From positions 60,452,001-60,516,000 of the forward strand of contig NC_086097.1 in assembly GCF_963921235.1 (NCBI RefSeq): 64,000 bases of DNA. Reading direction: 5' to 3'. This DNA is from Mobula hypostoma (Eukaryota). The notes below the pieces were generated by a model. That model saw nothing but the letters and a program-made list of their open reading frames with translations, was not told where the DNA came from and ran no database searches. Positions 37,346-49,368 of this stretch are shown here, one piece after another. Each line of letters opens with the position of its first letter. The stretch's first letter is position 1. A program made the translations under genes and the position numbers.

Positions 37346-39661
37346 TCCTGCAACCACCACAGAGGAGGCCCAAGAACCTGAGATTATTTCATAGTCACAA
37401 GTCTCACCTGCCAAGCAGAGTAATTTTCCTTGTCAGGAAAGACATTATCCCACATGAGTAAGAAATCCTCCATAGTGAGTAGATTTTTAGGCCTGAATGG
37501 GACAATTTAAAGTTTAATCAAGCCTCTTAGTGAACATCTACTGAAAGTCTGCATTTAGTGCAAGAAAAGACTGGAGGGCTACAGGGAGTGAGAGAGAAAC
37601 AGAAATTGGGGAGATCAAAATGATAGTATCATTGAGTCAATGAAATTTGATATTTTGCATATGGTTGTTGCCATAGAAACAACATATTAAAATTGGTTTG
37701 AATTAAATATTATCTATCATTCAGAATATTTATTACTTTTTGGTGACTTATAAAAGATGTTTATTCTACTGCAAAGCAATAAAAGTGAACCATTTTATGT
37801 TGAATTGGGTGATACAAAGTCATCAAAGCAAGGAGTGGCATAAGGACAGTTGAAGGCTCCCATGAGGCACCAGATGGAGAACTGTTGTCCCCTTGCTCCC
37901 TGAGAAGAGCTAGAAAGAGGACATATCTCTGAAGTTGACACCTTCCCACTTGGCTTTGCTGCTGAGTTTCTGAAAGGGGACACTCCCTGGGCACACTATT
38001 TGTTTTATATATTGTCAATCTTCATTTGTGACAGATTGCATGCATTCTTCAATTTAGTTCAATTAACATTCAAATGACTAGAAGCATTCTAAGCCTGCCT
38101 CCTTAACCAAGCTTCCTTATGGACATGTACTGCAAGTCCGGACTTTGTGCAGGAGGTGATCAAAATCAAAGTCAAAATCAAAGGCGAGTTTTTTTTTGTG
38201 ATTTGCACAAGTGCAATGAAAAACTTATGTGCGACAGCATTAGAAACACAAAGCATGATACAAGCAGCCTCTGCAAAAATAAACATAAATTATCTACAAC
38301 TAGAACAAAAAAAAAGAGAAACCTATGCAAAGTAGGTGAAGTGAACATAATGTTGTTAGACTGCAGTGAATCAAGTTTTGCTGGTTGGTTCAAGAACCAA
38401 ATAGCTAAAGGGCTTTTGTACCTCTTGGATAATAGCAGCTGCAAAAAGATAGAAACTCATTCCTCAATTTCAGACCATTGAGGAACAAGGAGAAATTCTT
38501 GCTATGCAACCTAATGTTTTGTTTCTGAAAGTGCATATATTCAGATTAACTATGAGTGCCATAAAATTCGGCTTTGCAAGGTGTTTTAGCACATCATATT
38601 CAGCACCTCAGACTAATATCATGTCTCTAAATAAAATGCCACCTCTATCTAAAGCAGCCCTAGAATCCAAACTCTGCTACCTGCTACTTGGTCTTTTAGG
38701 TTATTACATAAGCATCCTGACAGAACAGTCAGTAACTCTCATTGTTTTTATGGATGTATATTTAACACAGCTTTACTGGGGTTGGATCGTAAAGATTGAC
38801 AACATGAGGAGTATTGAGCAACGACTGATCACGTAGTTCGCACTTGGACATGGTCGACAGCATCACATCAAATGAGGTATCCTGTTAAAGGTCAGTATTG
38901 ACACTGTACCAAATCTGAGAGGTTACTTTCTTGAATTAAAAATGAATACAATGCAAATCTTATCGTGAAAAAAATAAATCTACAGCTTACGTTCCTAAAT
39001 TATTCATTCTGTGCCTACTCACTATCCATTCTAGTCATCCGTTGAATGTTTGGATACTTAACCAGACTGTAAATGTAGCTGTGAGGTGAATATGCAAATG
39101 ATAGAAAAAAACATCCATTACATTCAAGCTTGTCTTGTCCAATAATACAATAGCCTGACAAAACTATCACTTGTAGCATTACACTTTGCATGGTAGATGA
39201 ATACTTAATTATAAGCAAAGCAGAAAATGTAAAATCTGTTTAGCAAAGGGACCTATCAAGATACACCAAGGGCAAAATTCAATAGCCCCTAAAAGCAGGT
39301 GCAGAGATAGTGACATGCAATTAACTCACATGTTGATTGCAGTGCAGGAATAGGCCATCCTGGAGGACGTCTGTTCCTTTGTTTGATCCTTGCATCCAGC
39401 TGGCTTTAACAGCATGACTCATTCGGTTGGAGGCATCTGTCAGAAACCAATATCGTAAATTGCTTGTGTACATTGAAATGACCTCAAAACACATCATGTT
39501 GAATGACTGATAGGGAAGGGCAATATATTCTTGTCTTGAGAGTGACACAACTATCCTGTTAAAGCAGAGTTAAAACAAACCTGCACTTCTTACGAGAGAG
39601 AGGTTTGCGGCAAATGCTGGAAACATGTGAATATGACCTAGAAAAGAATGAATTGAGATTT

Positions 39662-39978
39662 GGGTGGCATGATAGCAGAGTGATTCGTGATCTGCTTTAA
39701 CAGTGCCAGCTGTAAGATCAGGGTTCAATTCCCACCACTGTCTGTAAGGATTTGTAAGTTCTCCCTATAATCATATGGGTTTCCTCCGGGTGCTCTAGTT
39801 TCCTCCCATATTCCAAAGATGCACAATTAGGGTTAGCGATTTGTGAGCATGCTATGTTGGGGCCAGAAGTGTGGCTTTATTTGTTGGCTGCTCAGCACAA
39901 TTCATGCTGAATTGATTTGATGCAAAAAATGCTTTTCACTCTATGCTTTGATGTACATGTGACAAATAAAGCTAAACT
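39662..39978 (+). mobile_element. tRNA-derived V-domain SINE with Rex1-like tail
   Basis: B box GGTTCAATTCC; GGGTTTCCTCCGGGTGCTCTAGTTTCCTCCCA; tail GTACATGTGACAAATAAAGC. Confidence 0.85.
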
Positions 39979-40914
39979 TTACTTAGTGTCACATTGTGTA
40001 AGACTGTCAGGTTAAGGGTTTCGGGGACTCCACAGAGATCATGGTGGAAGAGAGATGGTATATCATTATGGTGGCAAGGATTCCACCAGATAATTGAATA
40101 AAAGACAAGAGAAGTGGATAGCCTTGGTGATGAGTGCTGGGAATTCAGACTTATGGGCTTGCATGCAGCATTGCAAGATATTCATTCTTATGGGACTAAT
40201 CAAGGTCAATGGATGAACTTACAGACATTAGCCCAAGACATCACTCCAGTCACAACAACCATATCACTTTTCTGCTATCAACTTCTAGCAATTAGGTTTC
40301 ATATGTTCAATCACACCTGTACTCAGACAACACAGCTGAAGGCTTCACAATCGCAAATCTCAGCTTGCACACATTGCTGGTATTTAACACTGGCAGCTCA
40401 CACAATGCACACTGAGACAGCTCTGTCTTTTGCAGGTAATTGTTGTCAACAGCTAAAACATAGAGAGCTAAGTAGAGGTAGATCCTTTAAATTGCCTGTC
40501 AGAAGATCACCCATCCATGATTGCACCTGCTGTTCCTAAAGTTATGACCACCAGCAGGTCTGAAATCATTGAAAGTAATGGTACCATTATTCCTGATCAA
40601 TCACCTTCTACCATCCCATGATGCCCCAGATTTAAAAATAGTTAATGACGAAAGCAGGTACTTGTGCAATCCCCATATCACGGCTTAACTCCAGACACCC
40701 AAGAACTCATCTAGCCAGGTGGTAGAGGGAAATTGAGAGTACATAGTTTCTTGATTTCTTGTTTGCAGTTATCTGCAGCCACACTGCTTAATATAGAGGA
40801 ATGGGGCAGAGATGGGACACATACATGGTGGGACATTGAGGAGGAGTGGGCCTCGGCTAGAGCTGAAGGAAGTGAGAGCAGATGTCTGCAGCACAATGCT
40901 GCAGGTGTTCCACG

Positions 40915-41377
40915 ACTCAGTGGCGACCAGCATTTATTCTACACTCCAGCCTGCTGGGGCAGCAGGATGAGAGCAGCTGATGCCAAGAAGATCAATAAGC
41001 TCATCAGGAAGGCCGGGTCTGTTCTGGGGGTGGAACTGAACTACCTATTGAAAAGAGTGTGCTGCATTATGGACAACCTCTCTCAACCCCTCCATGACAT
41101 ACTAGACAAACACCCTCAGTAACAGACAGATTCCACTGAGGTGCACCACTGAACGCCACAGGAGATCCTTTCTCCCTGCAGCTATAAGACTCTACAACTC
41201 CTCCCCCTTAGGTGTACAAGTATATGGTTTCATCGCATATCTGTATTTCGCATTACTTTTTAATGCACATTTTGCATTTTTCATACCTCAATGCTTGCAT
41301 TTTGTATTTTAAGTATATATTTCTGACTGAGCAAGCTTGCAACAATAATTTCCTTCAGGATAAATGAAGTTTTATCT
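40915..41377 (+). mobile_element. Rex1/Babar 3' fragment
   Basis: CWGSRMRAADAKKINKLIRKAGSVLG..IMDNLSQPLHD; downstream SFLPAAIRLYN. Confidence 0.85.
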
Positions 41378-41647
41378 TATGTGTCTGCCATGTGAGGCGG
41401 CATATGAGCTCTGCCACAGAAGTCTCAGATGAAATCTTCAAAAAGCCAGCCCTTTGGAAATAAGCTGACACGTACATGCAATGAAATACTTGGCTCATGG
41501 GCAGGCAGTTGTAGACCCAGCTGTGCTTTAATGTCAAATAGCTTCCACTGCAGCACAAGCAGGGGCCACAAAATATCAGTGTGGCTGTAGTGGAAGCAAA
41601 GGAATCTAGACTGCAAAGTTGCATTACTCCAATGAAAGCTCAGACTT

Positions 41648-42623
41648 ATGTATTAATGATCTGGATGATGGGGTGGTAAATTGGATTAGTAAGTATGCAG
41701 ATGATACTAAGATAGGTGGAGTTATGGATAATGAAGTAGGTTTTCAAAGCTTGCAGGGAGATTTAGGCCAGTTAGAAGAGTGGGCTGAAAGATGGCAGAA
41801 GGAGTTTAATGCTGATAAATGTGAGGTGCTACATTTTAGTAGGACTAATCAAAATAGGACATACATGGTAAATGGTCGGGCATTGAAGAATGCAGTAGAA
41901 CAGAGGGATCTAGGAATAATGGTGCATAGTTCCCTGAAGGTGGAAACTCATGTGGATAGGGTGGTGAAGAAAGCTTTTGGTATACTGGCCTTTATAAATC
42001 AGAGCATTAAGTATAGGAGTTGGGATGTAATGTTGAAATTGTACAAGGCATTGGTAAAGCCAAATTTGGAGTATTGTGTACAGTTCTGGTCACTGAATTA
42101 TAGGAAAGATGTCAACAAAATTGCGAGAGTACAGAGAAGATTTACTAGAATGTTACCTGGGTTTCATCTCCTAAATTACAGAGAAAGGTTGAACAAGTTG
42201 GGTCTTTATTCTTTGGAGCGTAGAAGGTTGAGGGGGGACTTGATAGAGGTATTTAAAATTATGAGGGAGATAGATTGAGTTGACGTGGTTAGGCTTTTTT
42301 CCATTGAGGTTGGGGGAAATTCAAACAAGAGGACATGAGTTGAGAGTTAAAGGGCACTAGTTTAGGGTTAACATGAAGGGGAACTTCTTTACTCAGAGAG
42401 TGGTAGCTGTGTGGAACGAGCTTCCAGCAGAAGTGGTTGAGGCAGGTTCGATATTGTCATTTAAAGTTAAATTGGATAGCCATATGGACAGGAAAGGAAT
42501 GGAGGGTTATGGGCTGAGTGCAGGCCGGTGAGACTAGGTGAGAGTAAGAGTTCGGCACGAACTAGAAGGGCCGAGATAGTCTGTTTCCGTGCTGTAATCG
42601 TTATATGGTTATATGGTTATATG
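41648..42623 (+). mobile_element. CR1 LINE 3' fragment, relatively young
   Basis: Uninterrupted frame [38 protein letters not shown]; (GGTTATAT)n tail. Confidence 0.97.
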
Positions 42624-43390
42624 GCTAGTATGCCCATAGATTATAAATTGCAAAAGAGCTTGTAGAGTCTCCAGTGGATTACTGGGATAACTTGGCCCAA
42701 CATAAAACAAATGTCAGCAGCTCCTTGGAATATGGGCTTTGTGACTTCTTTCAGAAAGAGAGTGTCACGTACTCTTCTCTGCTATTTGATCTGCCCTTCA
42801 AACCAATCTAGCTGGACTGGGATAGTGAGATTCATAACCAGATGTCTTGGAATTCAGCTATCCACCTTGTTGTGCTGTCTACTTGGGATGCAGCAGTCCA
42901 TCTCAGTTGACTTGTTCTGCTTATTTATAATATTCACTATCCTTCTTCCTCTTAGTAGGTCCCTCAGAATCAAGGAAGACACAAGAGACTGGAGATGCTG
43001 GAATCTGGAGCACAAAATGATTCACTGGAGGAACTCAGCAGGTCAAGCAGCATCTTTGATGGGAAATAGACAGTTAAAATGTTTCACACCCTTCATCTTA
43101 CTGGGTTTTACCATCTGTCAACCTTTTCATCTCAACTTGCCAACATGACATTAACCTTCATGGTTTCACCATTACCCACGCCCAGTCACCCACTCAAACC
43201 TTGCCCCTTCTGAACTTGCAACTCTCTACTCACTCTGCAGCAATCCTAACTTCATGATCAAGCCTCAGACAGGAGCTGTGTCCTTGTGATCTGGCAGACT
43301 TACTTTTCCTGGAAGATGTCTGACGGCAACTCTTGGACACTTCTCATAACTCATTCCTGTTCCATGTTCCCACCAATAATCATCACTGTC

Positions 43391-44393
43391 TGTCATGGTC
43401 TGGATCGGGTTCCCTTTAAATTTACTTTGTTTGTGTTACAATACAGACCATTGACTCCCTATTTCCCTTTGGTTCCCTGTTTTCCCATGTCCCTTGGGCT
43501 TGGTAATTAGAGGCAATTTACTCTTGGCTGAACTGGCAGTTTATAGGTCTCCGGCTTTCAGCTGTTCGGCGCGAGAGTGTTAACGAAGTCAACGAAGCTA
43601 GTGCGAGCCAATGTCATCTGGCCGGAGCCAACTAAGTTTCTGCCGAAGCAAGCCCAGTCTCCTCCCGAAGCAAGTGCCAGCAAGCTGCCTTCCCTTGTCA
43701 GAGTGCGTCAGTCAAAGTTAACCCGCCAGGGTGAGCCAAGAGCTCGCCACTGCTTGGAGCATACTTGTGCCCAGTTATAGTACTGTCTATCGTTGTGTGG
43801 TCTCCGTATCCATGTCCTGCATCTAAAAGGGGTTCCAGCCCTGTACCCTGGAAGTGTCCTGACCCTGTGTCAAGTAGAGTCCTGACTCCGTCCTGTGTCT
43901 AAGGAGGATTCCCGGCTCAGCGTTTTATGTCTTGTGTCTGAGTCTGTCCAATGAATAAGAAGAGACCCTGGCTCCGGAGGTTTCAAGTATCAAGTCCTGG
44001 CTCTGAAGGTTTCAAGTATCAAGTCCTGGCTCTGGAGGTTTCAAGAATCAAGTCCTGGCTCTGCAGGTTTCAAGTATCGAGTCCTGGTTCTGGAGGTTTC
44101 AAGTATCGAGCTTTGGCTCCGAGGTCCGTGTTCCGGGTCCTGGCTCCGAGGTCCATGTTCGGGGTCCTGGCTCCGAGGTCCGTGTTCCGAGTCCTGGCTC
44201 CGAGGTCCGTGTTCCAAGTCCTGGCCCAGACCCTTAGTCCCAGCCTAGTCCAGGGTCTGAGTCCTTGTTCATTACGCTATTCCTGCTTCTACTTTGCTCT
44301 CCTTGTAATGAGCAATAAACTCAATTTAGTTAACCTCACAAGACATGTTTGTGTCCTGCATTTGGGTCCATCTTTGCTCCCCACCTTGTGACA
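43391..44393 (+). mobile_element. Solo LTR (Gypsy-type), 1003 bp
   Basis: TGTCA...TGACA; perfect 5-bp TSD CTGTC (43386-43390, 44394-44398); AATAAA near the 3' end. Confidence 0.95.
43964..44226 (+). repeat. Minisatellite inside LTR: ~5 x 29 bp then ~4 x 27 bp
   Basis: Units GTCCTGGCTCTGGAGGTTTCAAGTATCAA and GTCCTGGCTCCGAGGTCCGTGTTCCGA. Confidence 0.9.
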
Positions 44394-45047
44394 CTGTCTC
44401 CCATATTATCACAGATCTCATCACTTCAGGAGATCTCTCCTCCTTAGCTTACAACCCGATATTTTCCCAACCATGTACTGCCCATTTCTATTTTCAGCCA
44501 TGATTCACAAGCAAAACTGCCATAGTGGGCCTATTATTTTCCTCTTGGTCTTGCTCCACTGAACTTAGCTCTTCATACTTCAATTCTATCTTGCCTCTCT
44601 CTATCCATTAAATTTTGAAACGTATAGAGCATCTTTATCTGGGACACTTCACATGCTTTTCACAATTTTAACAACTTTCAATTCTCTGGCCCCTCTAACT
44701 TTACTTTTTACCATGGATTTTCAGTAACTATAAACTTCCATTCCTCATCAGGGAGGCCTTAGGGCTTTCCATTTCTTTTGAGAACATTTATAATCCAGAT
44801 GAAGGGCCTTGATCTGAAACACTTTGCTCCATGAATGAGAACTGTGAGTACATTCAGGGCCTCAGTGTTCACACTGATATCTCAAACTTGGTGGCGGTAT
44901 TTGAGAAAAAATCAGCATTTCCCAGCAAGTTCAAGTCCATCAATTTAACACAACTTAGTGAAGATTTGCATTCTAGTGCAAAAGGTGGAGAGATGTAAGA
45001 GATAGTGTTAACTGTATTGGCAACCCTGAATGACTGTGTATTCACTT

Positions 45048-45258
45048 AACACTGAAAATGCTGGAGGAACTCAGCCGGCCAGGCAGCATCTATGGAAAAG
45101 AGTACAGTCAACATTTTGGGACAAGACCCTTCAGCAGGACTGCTGAAAGGTCAACTCTACTCTTTTCCATAGATGCTGCCTGGCCTGCTGAGTTCCTCTA
45201 GCATTTTGCATGTGTTGCTTGGACTTCCTGCATCTGCAGACTTTCTCTTAATTTGTGA
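45048..45258. mobile_element. Fold-back mini-insertion of two inverted PLE terminal repeats
   Basis: AAAATGCTGGAGGAACTCAGC..TATGGAAAAGAGTA versus TACTCTTTTCCATA..GCTGAGTTCCTCTAGCATTTT. Flanking direct repeat ATTCACTT (45040-45047, 45263-45270). Confidence 0.85.
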
Positions 45259-45812
45259 CTGAATTCACTTTGATCATTTTGATCTAATCAAATAAATCAA
45301 TTCATTATTTGGGATCTAAAAGTGTTTAGCAAGAATCATAATAGCTAACATCAATCAAACAGTTATATTTTTTGAGCTGATTTTGAGCATCTTTCCTTCC
45401 CCACCTCTTTCTGCTTTCCACAGGGATCGCTCCCTACATGACTCCCTTGTCCCTTCGATCCCCCCTATCGCTTCCCACTGATCTCCCTCCCAGCACTTAT
45501 CCTTGTAAGTGGAACAAGTGCTACACATGCCCTTACACTTCCTCCCTCACCACCATTCAGGGCCCCAGATAGTCCTTCCAGGTGAGGCGACACTTCACCT
45601 GTGAGTCGACTGGTGTGATATACTGCGTCCGGTGCTCCCGGTGCGGCCTTCTATATATTAGAAAGACACAACACAGGCTGGGAGACCATTTTGCTGAACA
45701 CCTATGCTCTGTCTGCTAGAGAAAGCAGAATCTCCCAGTGGCCACACATTTTAATTCCAGGTCCCATTCCCATTCTGACATGTCTATGCACGGCCTCCTC
45801 TACTGTCAAGAT

Positions 45813-46364
45813 TCTTCTAGGGTGCATCACTACCTGGTATGGAAGTTGTCCTGTCCAAGACTGAAAGAAGCTGCAGAAGATTGTGAACACAGCGCAGCAC
45901 ATCACATAAACCAATCTTCCATCCTTGAACTCACTTTACACCCCACTCTGTCGGAGCAGTGCTGCCAGGATAATCAAGGACACGACCCACCCAGCCAACA
46001 CACTTTTTGTCCCTCTTCCCTCCGGGAGAAGGCTCAGGAGCTTGAAGACTCGTACGGCCAGATTTAGGAACAGCTTCTTTCCAACTGTGATAAGACTGCT
46101 GAAAGGATTTGGGCCGTACCCTCCAAATATCCGAACGTGCCTCTCGTTTTTTTTTGCAGTACCTTACTTTCCATTTTTCTATTTTCTATTTATGATTTAT
46201 AATTTAAAATTTTAATATTTACTAATTTTTACTATTTTTAATATTTAATATCTGTAATCCAGGGAGTGGGAAGCGCAGAATCAAATATTGCTGTGATGAT
46301 TGTATGTTCTAGTATCAATTGTTTGGTGACAATAAAATATAAAATATAATAAAGTATAAAGTAT
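45813..46364 (+). mobile_element. Rex1/Babar 3' fragment nested in PLE GIY-YIG
   Basis: ARIIKDTTHPANTLFVPLPSGRRLRSLKTRTARFRNSFFP. AAGAT duplicated at 45808-45812 and 46365-46369; host frame LLYCQD|EATLRL rejoins. Confidence 0.9.
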
Positions 46365-46491
46365 AAGATGAAGCCACACTCAGGTTGGACGAACAACATC
46401 TTATGTTCCGTCTGAGTAACCTCCAACCTGATGGCATGAACATTAACCTCTAACTTCCATTAATTCCCCTCCTCCACTTCTTACCCCATCC

Positions 46492-46492
46492 C

Positions 46493-46571
<79 letters not shown>

Positions 46572-46592
46572 TCTATTTATTTATTTATTTAT
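46492..46592. repeat. (TTTA)n microsatellite
   Basis: Direct reading. Confidence 0.98.
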
Positions 46593-47762
46593 TTTACCCT
46601 TTTTTTCTCTCTCTCTTTTTTCTCTGTCTGTCCCTCTCACAATAACTCCTTGCCTGCTGTCCAACTTCCTCAGGTTCTCCCCTCCCCCTTTCTTTCTCCC
46701 TAGGTCTCCCATCCCATTATCCTCTCCCTTCTCCAGCCTTGTATCCCTTTTGCCAATCAAATGTCCAGCTCTTAGCTCCATCTCTCCCCCTCCTGTCTTC
46801 TCCTATCATTTCAGATCTCCCCATTCCCCTCCCACTTTCAAATCTCTTACTATCTCTTACTTTAGTTAGTCCTGACGAAGAGTCTCGGCCCAAAACGTCA
46901 ACTGTATTTCTTCCTATAGATGCTGCTTGGCCTGCTGCATTCCACCAGTATTTTGTGTGTTTATCTGAATTTGCAGCATCTGCAGATTTCCTTGTGTTTG
47001 CGATTTTAAACACTTGCCTGTTAGGTTGATATCAGTCACAGTTCTTCACAAAATAATGTGTTATTTTTTTCAGTATTAATGAGATCCTGGCTTGACTCTC
47101 CAAACATGTTGCTTTTTCAATTGCTTTGTAAAATCAATCAGTAACTAAAGATTAGCAATCATTAGGCCATTCAAACTGTTTTCCTTGCTATTTCACTTAA
47201 AAAATTGCCTGAATTAATTATTTCATATTTTTATTATTACAGAGAAAATTCAGCATACCTCCATTGGTGCTATTTTTAATGAGAGCCCTGTTTTTAGCTG
47301 GACTGGATGTTGGAAGCTGGTATTACTAGCAGGTGTATGATTGTTGAAGATTGCAGCTGAAAGTGTTTCCTTTGCGCAAGAAAATCCACAACATCAACAC
47401 TATTCCATCTCTTCTGTTGCTTAGAAACACAGAACAGTACCTGAGTCCCTGGTAGTTCAACATGTTTCTTCTTTCAGATTTCACTTTTTACCTACACTGA
47501 TGAACCTACCTTACTGACCTGATCTATAGCTAATGTCACTTAAAACAGATAATTCACAGTCACAAAGAAGATTGCAGCAATGTGGTGGCTATAGCTGAAC
47601 CTTATTTAATTCCAAACCAATAAAGTTATATTGCTTTTATGATAGTGCTCTCTACTTCTGATAAACTGTAGTGTGTAAAGTCGAGGGCAACCAAGATATT
47701 CAGGTGGAGATGTAACACATACAGTATGAGGTCGGAACACAGTCCAGGTTCAAATTAGTTAA

Positions 47763-47993
47763 AGCGGGAGGAAACATCGACTCAGACCATGAGAGGCCTG
47801 CGTCGGGCATTTTCATGCCATACAAGGCGCAGATTGGAAGTCTGTGTGGGGTGACACTCCTCGCACAGACTAGAGCAATGTGTGATTAAGTGCCTTGCTC
47901 AAGGGCACAAACACGCTGCCACAGCTGAGGCTCGAATTAGCGACCTTGAGGTAACTAGACGAACGCCTCAACCACTTTGCCACGTGCCCAACA
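47763..47993 (-). mobile_element. tRNA-derived SINE
   Basis: Head GGGCACGTGGCAAAGTGGTTGAGGC..TTCGAGCC, homologous to the 14865 SINE. Flanks CAAATTAGTTAA / CAAATTAATTAA. Confidence 0.85.
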
Positions 47994-48829
47994 CAAATTA
48001 ATTAATTTAATTAATTAATCAATTAATTAATTAAGCATATAGTTAAATGTATACATGTTTAAAGAGAGAGGGTACTTGCACTTATTTAGGTATGTCAAAA
48101 AACAAAATGGAAAATGATTTTAAAATATTGTCAGTTTCCCCTTGACAATATTGTCCTTGCATTTATTTTCTAACACATCTACTGTAATTTCATTCTATTT
48201 TCTATCAGTTCAGTAGGTATTTTGTATCAGATAATGACACCTTTGTGTTGATACAGAAACAGATGGTTATTTTATTAATAGTATTTGTGGCACTTGGATT
48301 AGGGATTTCTGGAATGAAATGAATAGTTGCAATAATGGCAACACAAAACGCTAAGCTTGATCTTTAGAATCCTTAATCTTATGCAAGGTGGTCGAGTGGC
48401 TGTCATGGTGACCAGAGCAATGAACATTTCATGCCCAGCTGTTTCCACTATGGAGCAAGTAAAAAGGAGTTTATTGAGGATTTTTTAATTCAAAGAGAAC
48501 AACATATTTTGCAGATATAAATACCACATTCAAGGATTGCAAGTTCCTCCTCTTGTTCAAGATCTCACTGACAACATACGGTTTTACATCTGCTGTAAAC
48601 CAGAACAGATAGGGTATTTACTGTAGCAATGTCTGCCTGTTGTGGACAGAGCTGCAAATAATAGACTCACAGAAATTTTCTGATAATCATCCTGATTTGC
48701 TGATTCTAAGGTGGTCCATTTCATCAGCACTAGCTCTACAAGATGTGTGACCAACTGTTCAGCAGGATATGTTCCCTGTGATTAGGATCTGAATAAACAT
48801 ACAAAATCTACAACAAAGTATGCACCACG

Positions 48830-49368
48830 TGAGACTAATAAAGGAGATCAATATAGTCTTCCAAACACACAAGATCCCACTGGACAGATCGGCAGTCTAA
48901 TGCCAACATCCTTTCCCAAGTCAACACATCCAACATTGAAGCACTAACTCAGTTCTGATGGGCACATTCTTCCCAAACTTTATGCTAGTTCCTGAAATAG
49001 ACACTCTGTTTTGAGCTCAATCACAGTGAGACATTCGCAGCTGGACAGAGGAAAGAAATTCAAAGATGTTCATGCTCCTTGAAGCATTTCGATGTCCCTA
49101 CCAATTCCTGGGAATCTCAAAACCATTCAAAGTGTAAAGGTGGCACTTTGAGTGGTACTAAGAAGCTTGAGTCCATGTGTTGGGAGTGTGCAGAAGCCCT
49201 GAGTGAATAGTGAAGGATATGCACTACATTGCAAACTAACAATTGTTCATAGATTCAACTCTTCCTGTACCACCTGTGTAACACTTTATGGTTTCCACCT
49301 GAGCCTCATCAGCCAGCTCAGAACCTACAAAACCAAATGGAAGCAAATCATACGTGATCCCGAGGGAA
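48830..49368 (+). mobile_element. Old RTE-clade LINE 3' end
   Basis: HWTDRQSNANILSQVNTSNIEAL; terminal Cys/His-like CTTC..LISQLRT; heavily decayed. Confidence 0.6.

Larger units (their letters stand above)
43200..44822 (+). mobile_element. Old Penelope-like RT fragment interrupted by a solo LTR
   Basis: After LTR removal reads TVSHIITDLITSGDL..PCTAHFYFQPMIHKQNC..GPI (PLE RT FYxLPKIHK..GRPI). Ends in a degenerate hammerhead CAGATGA..GAAAC. Confidence 0.7.
45390..47001 (+). mobile_element. Penelope-like element (Neptune-type) 3' part: Cys linker, GIY-YIG, UTR, terminal repeat
   Basis: CKWNKCYTC..FTCESTGVIYCVRCSRCGLLYI..RLGDHFAEHL..VATHFN. Hammerhead-like AGTC-CTGACGA..AAAA-CGTC at about 46868-46903. 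Imperfect TSD GATTTTGAGCA / GATTTTAAACA. Confidence 0.9.

Noticed and set aside
41619..42278. 219-aa ORF as functional reverse transcriptase
   Set aside because: 5'-truncated CR1 C-terminal fragment lacking most RT motifs; the start lies in flanking DNA.
43964..44226. CRISPR-like array of ~28-bp repeats
   Set aside because: Units are head-to-tail with no unique spacers, lie inside a TSD-flanked LTR, and there are no cas genes; eukaryotic context.
47994..48035. (TTAA)n palindromic tract
   Set aside because: Simple low-complexity expansion at a SINE target-site duplication.
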